IMG/VR virus record: IMGVR_UViG_3300048919_000048
Coordinates: 64,001-128,000 of that record
DNA: 64,000 nucleotides
From: a virus
Strand: one strand, 5' to 3'
The position numbers and the translations under genes were made by a program. Shown one piece after another: positions 44,175 through 53,420 of this stretch. The notes beneath the pieces were generated by a model. The model saw nothing but the letters and a program-made list of their open reading frames with translations. It had not been told where the DNA came from and did not search any database. Numbering within the stretch: the stretch's first letter is position 1; every line of letters starts with the position of its first letter.

Positions 44175-45965
44175 TTATTTCAGGTTTGCTGTGACACGCT
44201 CACGGATTTCAGTCAGCGTTTCGTCAACCAACAGTTTGCCGTCACGGAACACGACACGGAGTTCGTTATCGGCATCGTTGACTTGCTCCAGTTGGAGGTT
44301 ATCAACCAGCTTCAGTTCTCCGTCTTCACCACGAACAACCTTCAGGAAGCCCTGAGCAGACTTCTTGCCAAGGTCGGTCTTAGGCTCTTTGACGACCATG
44401 ATTTGCTGACCGTCGATAACCGCGCCAGTTGCCTTCACGGCCTGACCCAGAGAATCACGGGTGTTGAACTGAGTGGTGAAAGAACCAACACCAAACACAA
44501 CGTTGCTTGATGCAAAGCCCTTCGCTTCCAGACGCTCGAAGATCTCTTTGGCGCGGGCCACGGTGATGGAGTCACCGTAAATCAGACCGACATGAGTATC
44601 CAGAGTGCGGTAGCCTTTGGAGTTCACATCTCCGCCGAACACATCGTGCAGGAGTTCAACAGAACCTTTCTGCTCGTTGGTCAGTTCTGGCTTGTCGATA
44701 GCCGTCACCTTGCTACCATCAACGTAGTAATACGTGTATTCAGCACGGTTCCACTCAATGGAGCCACTCATGCGGTACAGTTCACCGTCGAACAGGAAGA
44801 AACGCTCAACGATGTCATCGCCACGTTCACCATGTGGAGTATCCTGACGGACCTCTTCAACGGCGCTTTCCAGTGCCCAGCTTGCCGCTTTTTCCAGAGT
44901 ACCAGCTTCATCGAGTGCCTCGATTTTACGCCAGTCGAGTGTGCCACAGATGATATCTTCCGGTACGCCGGAGTCCGGGCGGAATACCACACGACCGTCA
45001 CGGGCCATGATTTCATCTTTCAGGATGCGAACACCCTCAGTGATCAGACGGAACCAGTCATAGCTATCGCCGACATATGACACGAAACCTTTCGGGAAGA
45101 TTTCCGTGATGTAACGACGCAGGAACTCGACCTCTGCGTGGAAACGCAGGTCATCCAGCGACATTTCCGGATGCTCAGAACGAAGGCGTCCGATGATGAA
45201 GCCGATGTTCGTTGTTGCAACGCTGTGCTCGGATGCCGGGATGGAGCCGGATACGAACTTACCCTTCATACCGTAATAACGGTTTGCATACAGAATCGCC
45301 GGGATGGTATCTGTACCCTGGGAGTTCATCAGTTGACCGAACTCAGACTGCGCCGCATCGTGAGTACCAGCCTGACCACGATAAGCAAAGCAGTGGATCT
45401 GGTATGGAACGTGCAGGTTGTTGTCACAGGTTTTCTGCGCCCACAGTTCAGCCAGCTTACGATACTGCCAGAAAATGGTTGCCGTGGTTACGGTTTTCCA
45501 GTTTTCAGAGGAGATCACCGACTCCAGATAGTTAGGTAACCAGTAGAAGTCCGGATGCGTGTTCTGAATGGTGAACAGCGGAACCTGTACCGGAGAAAGT
45601 GTACCTTCCGGCAGAGCACGGATTTCAACAGGCAGGTAACCCAAGTCGTGCAGCTTTTCAAAGCCCCACGTTTCAACCATGTCCGGGCCGATAGCCAGGT
45701 CACAGGTTTCTTTGAATTCGCCGATAGCGTCTTCCTTCGGACGACCGAAGAACTCACGGTTGAAGTGGTCGATCAGGAACCACTTGATAAAACCTTGCAG
45801 TCCGGCAGACATGACGCGCTGGTCATTGTCGGAGAAATGCTGGAAGTGCTTGCTTGATCGTGGTGTCATGTTGTCCTGTACGATTTCAGACTTTTTGCTG
45901 TACATGGAGATGTGGCTTGGTTTATACCAGTCAGCAAACAGAATAGGCAGGTCATTATGTAACAT
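44175..45965 (-). CDS. nicotinamide phosphoribosyltransferase-family enzyme (Namat-like)
   Basis: DWYKPSH, IPASEHS, VFRPDSG, LIYGDSIT, VVFGVGS, KKSAQG. Confidence 0.92.
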   Translation of the reverse strand: MLHNDLPILFADWYKPSHISMYSKKSEIVQDNMTPRSSKHFQHFSDNDQRVMSAGLQGFIKWFLIDHFNREFFGRPKEDAIGEFKETCDLAIGPDMVETWGFEKLHDLGYLPVEIRALPEGTLSPVQVPLFTIQNTHPDFYWLPNYLESVISSENWKTVTTATIFWQYRKLAELWAQKTCDNNLHVPYQIHCFAYRGQAGTHDAAQSEFGQLMNSQGTDTIPAILYANRYYGMKGKFVSGSIPASEHSVATTNIGFIIGRLRSEHPEMSLDDLRFHAEVEFLRRYITEIFPKGFVSYVGDSYDWFRLITEGVRILKDEIMARDGRVVFRPDSGVPEDIICGTLDWRKIEALDEAGTLEKAASWALESAVEEVRQDTPHGERGDDIVERFFLFDGELYRMSGSIEWNRAEYTYYYVDGSKVTAIDKPELTNEQKGSVELLHDVFGGDVNSKGYRTLDTHVGLIYGDSITVARAKEIFERLEAKGFASSNVVFGVGSFTTQFNTRDSLGQAVKATGAVIDGQQIMVVKEPKTDLGKKSAQGFLKVVRGEDGELKLVDNLQLEQVNDADNELRVVFRDGKLLVDETLTEIRERVTANLK

Positions 45966-46018
45966 ATGAATCTCCTCAGTTAAAAATCGGGGCGGTGTGC
46001 CCCGGAACGTGATATAAG

Positions 46019-46909
46019 TTACTGGAACTTCACCATCTTGTCAACCGATTTGAAAATTTTATTTTCGTTTCGGCCTTCGAGGTTCTTCATCCACGGGTAT
46101 GCGGAGTAAACCTCGTCGATGACATCCTTAAACACATCCGCACCGTAGGAATAAATCCCATGGGTGGTGTACAGAATGACTTCGCTTGCGCCTTGGTCAC
46201 GAAGGACCTTGCCCAGTTCGATGAAGGTTCGACCGCCATCGCAGATGTCATCAACCATAATCACACGCTTGCCCTTAACGTCAGGGCCGGAGTATGTGGT
46301 ATCCGTGATCTCATTGGTAATGAGGTTTCGGTGCTTCGTACCAACACCAATATGTCGGTGACCAACCTTCTTCGCCAGCTTGGTGACTTTCTTAATCGCC
46401 CCGGCGTCAGGTGCCACAATGACAGCGTCATCAAAGAAGCCCGGGCCGAGAATATCCAGAGCCAGTTCGTATTGCTCGAAGACGGATACGTTTTTGATGT
46501 GGGACGGGGACACGTCTGAGTGCGGGTCATCCACAATAATTCGGTCAAAGGAGCACAGCCCCAGAATTCGACCAAACACCTCAGCCGACAGCGGCTCACC
46601 TGGAACCATAACCCGGTCTTGTCGGGCATACGGGATGTAGGGCAGGTGGCAAACCTTTTTCACCAAGTGCCCGGTGCCACGACCCAGACGGTTGAATGCG
46701 TCGGTGAACAGGAGCAGGTCCATGATGGCATCTGAACTGTCCACGTTGGCATAGACCACCAGGTCTTTACCTTCCGGCATGTTTTCTTTCAGATCGGGGT
46801 TGAATGGGCTGGTCAGCATATACCCGTTGATACGGACGCTGCGCTCACCCCCGGCGAATGTTCCAAATTCGATATCCAGTTGGCTACCGCCAAGATATGC
46901 ACGAATCAT
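46019..46909 (-). CDS. ribose-phosphate pyrophosphokinase-family enzyme (Adps-like)
   Basis: F.GGE, PYIPYARQDR, DPHS, APDAGA, VDDICDGGRTF. Confidence 0.92.
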   Translation of the reverse strand: MIRAYLGGSQLDIEFGTFAGGERSVRINGYMLTSPFNPDLKENMPEGKDLVVYANVDSSDAIMDLLLFTDAFNRLGRGTGHLVKKVCHLPYIPYARQDRVMVPGEPLSAEVFGRILGLCSFDRIIVDDPHSDVSPSHIKNVSVFEQYELALDILGPGFFDDAVIVAPDAGAIKKVTKLAKKVGHRHIGVGTKHRNLITNEITDTTYSGPDVKGKRVIMVDDICDGGRTFIELGKVLRDQGASEVILYTTHGIYSYGADVFKDVIDEVYSAYPWMKNLEGRNENKIFKSVDKMVKFQ

Positions 46910-46951
46910 ATTTCTCTCCTCTCAGTTAAAGTGTCTGCATGGTACAAAAAT

Positions 46952-46976
46952 AAAAAGGCCCCGTCAAGAGCCTTTT
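46952..46976 (-). terminator. intrinsic terminator
   Basis: Hairpin with T-tract overlapping stop codon. Confidence 0.55.
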
Positions 46977-47329
46977 AAAATATTCGGGTCATTTACCACA
47001 ATGTACAGCCGGGACTTCACCTTACCCTCGTACACGGTGTCTTCCTTGTGCGTCGAGATGTAACCCATCTCCTCCATCCTCTTCAGGAATTGTCCAACCT
47101 TGGTTCTTGAGTTTACAGACATGCCAAAGAGAGCCGCAAGCTTACCCTGCGATTCATAATAGCACTTCTCGACCGGGATACCTTCCTTCACCGCCTTACG
47201 TGCAAAAAATCCAAACCTCCAATGAAGAATCACCATCTTCTTTACATCGTCCCCCTTCATGTCCATCACCCACTGCATTGGGAACTGGATGAAGGCACCC
47301 TCCGGGACGAAACAATCAAACTCTTCCAC
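46964..47329 (-). CDS. winged-HTH DNA-binding protein (possible origin-binding)
   Basis: ESQGKLAALFGMS..TKV..FLKRMEEMGYI HTH-wing pattern; AAGGAGG RBS. Confidence 0.6.
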   Translation of the reverse strand: MEEFDCFVPEGAFIQFPMQWVMDMKGDDVKKMVILHWRFGFFARKAVKEGIPVEKCYYESQGKLAALFGMSVNSRTKVGQFLKRMEEMGYISTHKEDTVYEGKVKSRLYIVVNDPNILKGS

Positions 47330-47356
47330 TTGCCCTCCTTACTCTAACCCGACTCC

Positions 47357-47385
47357 AGTTTGCCATCTTGTCTTCCACATGTCAA
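47357..47385 (-). promoter_or_regulatory. sigma70-like promoter
   Basis: TTGACA-17-CAAACT with TG. Confidence 0.55.
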
Positions 47386-47409
47386 CCATGTAGCCCAAAA
47401 GGCACACAA

Positions 47410-47625
47410 GAGTATATAACTACATAAAACCTCGCTACGCTCGCCCTCCGGGCTACGGTTTTATTAATCTTATAATTTATTCGTTACACTCATAAATTAT
47501 TAATCTTATAATTATTATTCATATTCATTCATAATAATTATTAAAAAGAAGAAAACAATAGAAGATTTCTATCAATCTTAAAGATCTTTATATAGATCTT
47601 ACATGAAAAATTTTAAATTTAAAGT
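47410..47625. other. AT-rich repeat/hairpin region, candidate replication origin
   Basis: TTATTAATCTTATAATT at 47461 and 47497; three stem-loops; strand switch point. Confidence 0.5.
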
Positions 47626-47626
47626 A

Positions 47627-47655
47627 TTGACAGGAGGATCATCAGATCATAGAAT
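47627..47655 (+). promoter_or_regulatory. sigma70 promoter
   Basis: TTGACA-17-TAGAAT with AT-rich upstream element. Confidence 0.85.
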
Positions 47656-47694
47656 GAATACATCGAAACGAGACAACCGTATGAGGGTTATAGA

Positions 47695-47976
47695 ATGTTA
47701 AGTAATAAGAAACGTAATAAAATTGATGAACTGGAATTAGCTCATCTGGAAGCTGTGCGTGAGGCATGGCACTCAGCGAAAGCTGGCCTGAAGGTCTGCA
47801 TGGTGTCTGTTTACGAGTGTGGATGGGACACCCTGTTGGGTAAATATTATGGTGTGATGATCAAATATGTTGAGAAGGGCTTGATTTATCATCGTGTGGA
47901 AGATAGTATGAAGCCTGAACTCCAGCTTACCGCTGATGACCTTGACAATGTACTGATTACGATGGAGATGATCTGA
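47695..47976 (+). CDS. hypothetical protein
   Basis: GAGG RBS after promoter. Confidence 0.75.
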   Translation: MLSNKKRNKIDELELAHLEAVREAWHSAKAGLKVCMVSVYECGWDTLLGKYYGVMIKYVEKGLIYHRVEDSMKPELQLTADDLDNVLITMEMI

Positions 47977-48203
47977 TGAAACAGTGTGTGAATGATATTG
48001 TGGCCTTCGGCCTGAATCAACGCGAGTTGGACTTGGTGGCCTTTGTGGTGATCATTGTGCTTGGAATTGTGCTTGGCCGATGGATGCTGTCCTACCTCGA
48101 CCACGGGTTGGAGACTAAAGAGGAGCGCTGGGCACGGAAGAACCCGTTCTTGGCGGTTGACTTGGACATGCACCCTCGTGGGAAGAAACGAAATGTGTGG
48201 TAA
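47976..48203 (+). CDS. single-TM membrane protein
   Basis: Hydrophobic segment, coupled. Confidence 0.7.
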   Translation: MKQCVNDIVAFGLNQRELDLVAFVVIIVLGIVLGRWMLSYLDHGLETKEERWARKNPFLAVDLDMHPRGKKRNVW

Positions 48204-48393
48204 CTGTGATGATGGTTCATACCCTCACTACGGTGTTGGACCACATATCTGCTTCTACAAGATACCGGGCGCGGTGATCGGGCAATCAATAACTTTGTCC
48301 ACAGCACCTCCAAATTACGTGGAGGATTCTGACTGCCCCGGGTTGGGTGTTTGGTACTGCCCGGAGTGCCGGGCTGGAATGAAGGAGAAATAA
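48193..48393 (+). CDS. small Cys-rich protein
   Basis: CGNC..PHIC..CPEC. Confidence 0.65.
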   Translation: MCGNCDDGSYPHYGVGPHICFYKIPGAVIGQSITLSTAPPNYVEDSDCPGLGVWYCPECRAGMKEK

Positions 48394-48695
48394 TGGCTTT
48401 AAATTTCCGAGATGGTGTTGTCGATCGGATGGAGGAGATCTACCGGGCACAAGAGAAGCCTCGATTCTACAAGTGGTCTATTGATCTGAATGACCAGTTG
48501 GAGTATCTTGAGGAACGGATGCACCGGGCCAATATCGACTTCACTGTGACCAAGGTAAAACAGAACTGTGACAACATGCACTTGACAGTGTCAGGAGACC
48601 CGGATCAAGTGGCATGGATGGACATGGCGCTGCTTGTGTGGGCAAACAATAAACGGTGCAAGCACCTGTTGGTACTGGAGCATGTTGATGGATGA
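48393..48695 (+). CDS. hypothetical protein
   Basis: AGGAG RBS, TAATG coupling. Confidence 0.7.
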   Translation: MALNFRDGVVDRMEEIYRAQEKPRFYKWSIDLNDQLEYLEERMHRANIDFTVTKVKQNCDNMHLTVSGDPDQVAWMDMALLVWANNKRCKHLLVLEHVDG

Positions 48696-49020
48696 GACAA
48701 TCATCGCCTACAAATTGTTTCGTGTTCGGAAGGATGGCACAATAGGCCCCCTATTCATCAACAGGAAGCTCGTGGTGGCCCCTGGTGAGTGGATGGAGGC
48801 AGAGTGCCACCCGACAAAAGGGTTCGCTTTACGGCCCGGCTGGCACTGCACACTGGCCCCTGTGGCCCCGCACCTAAGCACCAACCTGAAATCCGGTGAA
48901 GTGCGTAAATGGTTTAAGGTGGAGGTTCAGGGTATTACAACCTTCCAGCGTCCGGAGTCCCAAGGTGGGACGTGGGTCCTGGCTAAAAGACTCCGTGTCG
49001 TGGAGGAAGTGGATGTGTAA
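48688..49020 (+). CDS. conserved phage hypothetical protein
   Basis: AYKLFR..PLFIN..HPTKGFALRPGWH..SQGGTW. Confidence 0.75.
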   Translation: MDETIIAYKLFRVRKDGTIGPLFINRKLVVAPGEWMEAECHPTKGFALRPGWHCTLAPVAPHLSTNLKSGEVRKWFKVEVQGITTFQRPESQGGTWVLAKRLRVVEEVDV

Positions 49021-49231
49021 CTGTGAAGAATGCAAGCGCTGGAGCCGGGTTTATGAAATCCAAGTCTTCCTGCGGCACCATGGAGAAGAGGCATTGCTCG
49101 ACGGTCTTGATGAACTGTATGAGACGTATGTCCATGACAGCATGGATCACGAGCATCTGAAGGCGATCGTGGACAACAAGTGGCCTTCTGCGGAGGCATA
49201 CATGAAAGAAAAGGGGTGGGTTCGTGGCTAA
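49013..49231 (+). CDS. hypothetical protein
   Basis: GGAGG RBS; MCNCEEC. Confidence 0.65.
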   Translation: MCNCEECKRWSRVYEIQVFLRHHGEEALLDGLDELYETYVHDSMDHEHLKAIVDNKWPSAEAYMKEKGWVRG

Positions 49232-49649
49232 GAGTTTATCGGAGATGTGGTTGGATGCAGGAATCGACCGCTGCCTTGAGCAGCCTAAGATTGAGGAAGC
49301 CCTTCGTGAGAAGTTGAAGGATTTCTCAAATGAAGAAGATATCCAACCTTTTGACGAAGAGGAGGAACCGGAGTACGACTCACCTAACGGAAGTGTGTGG
49401 ATCGTAGCTGTCGATTACGCCGGGAGGGTAACTGTTCTGGAAACCCCGAACATTCACCCGGCACTGCTGGACAACGGCCCGGAGGCAGAATATCTCGGCC
49501 TCCCGCCGGACGTGGATGACATGGACCCAGGGGTTTATCGCTGGACGTGCAGTTATCACACCCATATTGACCGGGAGTCTGGTCAAGTTGATGATTACGA
49601 CTTTGAGATAGAGGAGTCGGTATTGCTCTGGTCACCAGATAATGCTTGA
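49224..49649 (+). CDS. acidic hypothetical protein
   Basis: Coupled ORF. Confidence 0.7.
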   Translation: MAKSLSEMWLDAGIDRCLEQPKIEEALREKLKDFSNEEDIQPFDEEEEPEYDSPNGSVWIVAVDYAGRVTVLETPNIHPALLDNGPEAEYLGLPPDVDDMDPGVYRWTCSYHTHIDRESGQVDDYDFEIEESVLLWSPDNA

Positions 49650-49761
49650 CGCGGTTCGGTTCCTTGCGGTATTCTTGGTTTTCGGCGGGGTTGTCCTCGC
49701 CGGACTTACCATAATGGCGATGGCAGGAGGTGTCGGCGGTGAGAAGTGTAAAGGAGATTGA
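49642..49761 (+). CDS. 39-aa membrane peptide (not in ORF track)
   Basis: MLDAVRFLAVFLVFGGVVLAGLTIMAMAGG; fills gap. Confidence 0.45.
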   Translation: MLDAVRFLAVFLVFGGVVLAGLTIMAMAGGVGGEKCKGD

Positions 49762-49930
49762 GGCTGACCTGAAAAAGCAAGATTTTAGGATCTACTATCG
49801 GGCGGTTAAGGCGAGAAGCCGCCTGCAAGGCTGGCTCCCGGCACTGATTAAGGCAAACGACGAATTTTTCCGAGATAATCCGGACTACGTCGAAGGTGCA
49901 ATGTGTGGAAAACTGAAGGAGAAACAATGA
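49730..49930 (+). CDS. hypothetical protein
   Basis: AGGAGG nearby (start may be GTG 49739); ATGA overlap with ligase. Confidence 0.6.
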   Translation: MSAVRSVKEIEADLKKQDFRIYYRAVKARSRLQGWLPALIKANDEFFRDNPDYVEGAMCGKLKEKQ

Positions 49931-51306
49931 GTAACGTAACGAGTATTCTTGCAGAGTTGTCAGCAACCCGATCCTTGAAGGAGAAGGAAGCGATCCTGCG
50001 AGCAAATGCGGATAATGATGGCCTTAAACAAGCCTTCCAGATCGCATATTCCAAAGAACTGAACTTCTTCGTTCGTGGGCTGCGTGTCCCGTTCTTCACC
50101 CCCGGCCTTCGGACACTGTCAGATAGTGTCCAAATGTTGGTTGAAAACATCGCCGGGCGTGTATATACTGGTGACGATGCCAAGTCGTACATGACCCAAC
50201 TGGTGCAGACCTGCGAAGAGCCGGACACCCTGATGAAGATCATCAACCGAGACCTGGAATGTGGCATCCAGACCACGCTGACCAACAAGGTGTGGAAAGA
50301 CCTGATCACGGAACCTCCGTACCAGAGCTACACCCTGTTCAAAGAGGACCTGTTGCGTAAGTTCAACTACAAGGGCGCTTTCTCCGACGAGAAAATGGAC
50401 GGCCTGTATGCGGACATCATGGTGTGGCCTGAGCAGGTGGTCTACCGATCACGTTCCGGCAAGGAACTGAACTTCCGCGCCCCGGAGAACGTTGAACGTG
50501 CGCTGATGAAAGCGGCTGTTGACGATGACGGCACGGCGAAGCCATACGTGGCACACGGAGAAGGTCTGGTTATTGATCCAAACGGGTTGCACGGTGTTAT
50601 GGAACGTGCCGAAGGCAACGGATACCTGAACCAAGACCCGGCAGATATCGATCGTGACCGTGTTCGCCTGGTGATCTGGGACCGTGTGACGATGGATGAG
50701 TATATTGCCCGCAAGTCGAAGCGTCCGTACAGCGAACGCCGCCTGTCTGCGCAGGGCCTCGCCTGGTGGGTGGAAGATCCGGAGCACATGCAGTTCGTGA
50801 AAGGTCGACAGATCAACAGCCTCAAAGAGGCGATCGATCACTTCATCGAGATGCGTCTCCAGAAGAAAGAAGGCACGGTCCTGAAAGAGGCCGCGATGCC
50901 TTGGGGCGACAATAAGACGAAGAAAGGCGTCAAACTGAAGAACGAGTTCGATGTGGATCTGGAAGTTGTCGGGACGACCCCGCACAAGAAAGATCCAACA
51001 CTGATCGGCTCACTGATCTGTCGTACTCGTGACGGACTGCTTGAAGTTGGTGTCGGCTCCGGCCTGACCGACGCGCTTCGTAAGAAGCCTGCGGAATATT
51101 TCATCGGACAGATCATCACGATCAAGGCCAACGACATCACGAAGTCGGAGACCAAAGAGCTTCAGTCTCTGTTCCTGCCGCGCCTCAACTACAAATTCGT
51201 TGAGATCCGCTTGGACAAGACGGTCGCAAACAGTCTGCCGGAAGTGATCGAGGCGTCTGACTCACTGCTGGATCTGCTGCGGGCCATCGCGGAGGACCTG
51301 GAATGA
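49927..51306 (+). CDS. lig: ATP-dependent DNA ligase
   Basis: EKMDG, HGE, EGTVLK, VKLK, SLFLPR motifs. Confidence 0.93.
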   Translation: MSNVTSILAELSATRSLKEKEAILRANADNDGLKQAFQIAYSKELNFFVRGLRVPFFTPGLRTLSDSVQMLVENIAGRVYTGDDAKSYMTQLVQTCEEPDTLMKIINRDLECGIQTTLTNKVWKDLITEPPYQSYTLFKEDLLRKFNYKGAFSDEKMDGLYADIMVWPEQVVYRSRSGKELNFRAPENVERALMKAAVDDDGTAKPYVAHGEGLVIDPNGLHGVMERAEGNGYLNQDPADIDRDRVRLVIWDRVTMDEYIARKSKRPYSERRLSAQGLAWWVEDPEHMQFVKGRQINSLKEAIDHFIEMRLQKKEGTVLKEAAMPWGDNKTKKGVKLKNEFDVDLEVVGTTPHKKDPTLIGSLICRTRDGLLEVGVGSGLTDALRKKPAEYFIGQIITIKANDITKSETKELQSLFLPRLNYKFVEIRLDKTVANSLPEVIEASDSLLDLLRAIAEDLE

Positions 51307-51743
51307 CAGGATTTTGGATCGGTGCTGTCGCCTGCGTCATTCTCGGGTGTGTTTGGTACTGGGACAAGTTCATAACGCCAAAGCGTATGACCCGGCCCCC
51401 GGTAAATCGGATCATGGAGCTTATTGCAGAGAAGAAGCTGGAAGTGTACGACAATCCGTCACAAGCGGATCGGGATCGCTGTAGCCACTTTGTTGACTAT
51501 GTGATCCTCGACACCCAGCGCGGCGCAAAGACCTTCATGTACCGGGATGCCTTCCACGGATCTGCTGTTACCTCCGGAGATCTTGACTGGATGAATCGCT
51601 GGGAGCAAAACCGAGTTCTTAAACTGGTCGAGCAGATCTGCGGTGCCCGAAGGAAGGCGTATCGTAAAGCGTGTGCCGTCGAGAGGGAGGCCCGTGACGA
51701 GCGCCGACGGGAAGAAGCACAAAAGATTTACGAAAGTCGTTGA
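51303..51743 (+). CDS. N-terminally anchored membrane protein
   Basis: GGAGG RBS, N-terminal TM. Confidence 0.7.
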   Translation: MTGFWIGAVACVILGCVWYWDKFITPKRMTRPPVNRIMELIAEKKLEVYDNPSQADRDRCSHFVDYVILDTQRGAKTFMYRDAFHGSAVTSGDLDWMNRWEQNRVLKLVEQICGARRKAYRKACAVEREARDERRREEAQKIYESR

Positions 51744-51773
51744 CAGTGTGCCGGGGCCATGTATAATGGCCCC
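51740..51773 (+). promoter_or_regulatory. sigma70 promoter with palindromic -10 region
   Basis: TTGACA-16-TATAAT; same 23-mer as 3288-3310. Confidence 0.8.
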
Positions 51774-51798
51774 CACTGAAACAGAAAAGGAGAAGTTG

Positions 51799-52161
51799 AT
51801 GTCGCAGTTTATTAAAGATGCCATTCGTACCGAGTCCCACAATTTCTATCTGGATGCGGTTGGGCCGCGCCTGATTCACGCCTCTATGGGTCTGGTAACG
51901 GAAGCGGCAGAGTTTCAGGATGCTCTGAAGAAGTCACTGTTCTACGGTAAGCCGCTGGACACCACCAACCTGAAAGAAGAGGTGGGTGACCTGCTGTGGT
52001 ATCTGGCGCTGGCGATGGACGCACTGAACACCGATTTCGATGCGGAGCAGGATCGTGTGATCCGTAAGCTAAAGGCTCGTTACCCAAGCAAGTTCGATAA
52101 CGAACTGGCAGAGAACCGCGATCTGGCAACCGAGCGCAAGATCTTGGAGACCGACAAGTAA
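51799..52161 (+). CDS. MazG-like nucleotide pyrophosphohydrolase
   Basis: GLVTEAAEFQDALKK..EEVGDLLWY..KLKARYP. Confidence 0.85.
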   Translation: MSQFIKDAIRTESHNFYLDAVGPRLIHASMGLVTEAAEFQDALKKSLFYGKPLDTTNLKEEVGDLLWYLALAMDALNTDFDAEQDRVIRKLKARYPSKFDNELAENRDLATERKILETDK

Positions 52162-52337
52162 TGCCGATGTATTCTTACAAATGCCCCGAGTGCGGGTCAG
52201 TATTTGACAAGAATCGAAAGATTGCAGAGCGCGAAACTGCCCCTTGCAATTGCGGCGGTACTGCGGTAAAGTCTCTTTCTGCTCCCCGGGGCATTAAGAA
52301 TGGTTATTTTGAACAAGGGCGAATGTTCGTCCGATAG
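52161..52337 (+). CDS. FmdB-like zinc-ribbon protein (not in ORF track)
   Basis: MPMYSYKCPECG..F..CNCGG..SAP. Confidence 0.8.
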   Translation: MPMYSYKCPECGSVFDKNRKIAERETAPCNCGGTAVKSLSAPRGIKNGYFEQGRMFVR

Positions 52338-52345
52338 GAGGACTA

Positions 52346-52681
52346 ATGGAAACTAAAATGACAATGCAGAGCCTGGTACCGTTCGCATACGACCCGACCA
52401 AAAACGCTGTGATTTTCGATGGTCATCGCGTAACTGGTTTTGCACAGCCACTGAAGTACCGCCGTGTTGAGGAGGATACTCACGAGCTTCATCTTCAGGT
52501 CGTGAGCGAGTTCCTCCAGAAGATCGGTGTCGGTAATACTGGCGTACTAACCATCGGCGCACATGCGGGTGGCGAACGTAAAGTTTCGATCAACTGCGGT
52601 GTTCTTCGTGTGGAAACCATTTACATCAAAGAACTGACCGGAGATGTACCTGAGGTTGTGGTAGTTCTGAAAAAAGTTTAA
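52346..52681 (+). CDS. tail-tube-like paralogue
   Basis: AYDPTKNAVIFDGHRVTGFA versus tube AYDPAKVLVFIGGQRVAGFA. Confidence 0.6.
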   Translation: METKMTMQSLVPFAYDPTKNAVIFDGHRVTGFAQPLKYRRVEEDTHELHLQVVSEFLQKIGVGNTGVLTIGAHAGGERKVSINCGVLRVETIYIKELTGDVPEVVVVLKKV

Positions 52682-52750
52682 GTTTTTGTTTACACGCTGA
52701 GTTAAAACGAGCATAATGCTCACACATTCACTGAAGAGGAGTAATACACA

Positions 52751-53068
52751 ATGGCTAAAATCAAAATCGAACTGCTGAACACCCTGCCTTCTGATCCGGC
52801 TGTCCGTAAGCGCCTGGCAAACATCGTTCAGGAAGGTGTTGATGCGATTCGTAAGCAGAAAGATGGCGCAGAGGATCTGAAAAGCATCCTGGCGATCACC
52901 AAAGAAGACCTTAACATCGATCCGAAATTCCTGCGTACCCTGATCAATGGTGAGTACGACAAGCAGGATGCCGCAGAGAAAAAACGTGCGGCGCTGGAAG
53001 GCCAGATCGAACAACTGAACGAACTGGACATCCTGATGGGTCGTAAGGCCGACGAAGACGGCGAGTAA
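52751..53068 (+). CDS. dsDNA-binding protein (T4 DsbA/GapR-like)
   Basis: EDLKSI..KEDLNIDPKFLRTLI helical pattern; GAGGAG RBS. Confidence 0.6.
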   Translation: MAKIKIELLNTLPSDPAVRKRLANIVQEGVDAIRKQKDGAEDLKSILAITKEDLNIDPKFLRTLINGEYDKQDAAEKKRAALEGQIEQLNELDILMGRKADEDGE

Positions 53069-53141
53069 TACCCCGCTATGCAGTACCCGCCCCTCCGGGG
53101 GCGGTTAACCCCAAATAATAATTGAGAAAGGAGATTTACCC

Positions 53142-53420
53142 ATGAATATCAACTTCAACGATGCAACCTTCGAAAAACTGCGTTTCCTGGCTGACCGTGA
53201 AGGTCGCTCCGTAGCCGCATTCGTTTCCATGCGTATGGATGAACTGGCAGACCAACTGGTAAACACCACCTTCACTCTGAACGAACTTCCGGCGGGTGTG
53301 CAACTGGCACATCTGGACCCGACACCGCGCCCGGCCCCGGTGCGTAGCGGAGAACAAGCGTTCTACGTTCTGCCAAGCGATAATCAGAATGAGCGCCGTT
53401 ACGCTGAAGACCAATACTAA
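53142..53420 (+). CDS. ribbon-helix-helix-like regulator
   Basis: MNINFNDATFEKLRFLADREGRSVAAFV. Confidence 0.6.
   Translation: MNINFNDATFEKLRFLADREGRSVAAFVSMRMDELADQLVNTTFTLNELPAGVQLAHLDPTPRPAPVRSGEQAFYVLPSDNQNERRYAEDQY

Noticed and set aside
44680-44950. Intein in the NAMPT-like gene
   Set aside because: Insertion lacks N-terminal Cys/Ser and C-terminal His-Asn splice motifs
49646-49675. TTGACG-18-TATTCT promoter
   Set aside because: Lies inside a plausible 39-aa membrane ORF; suboptimal spacing
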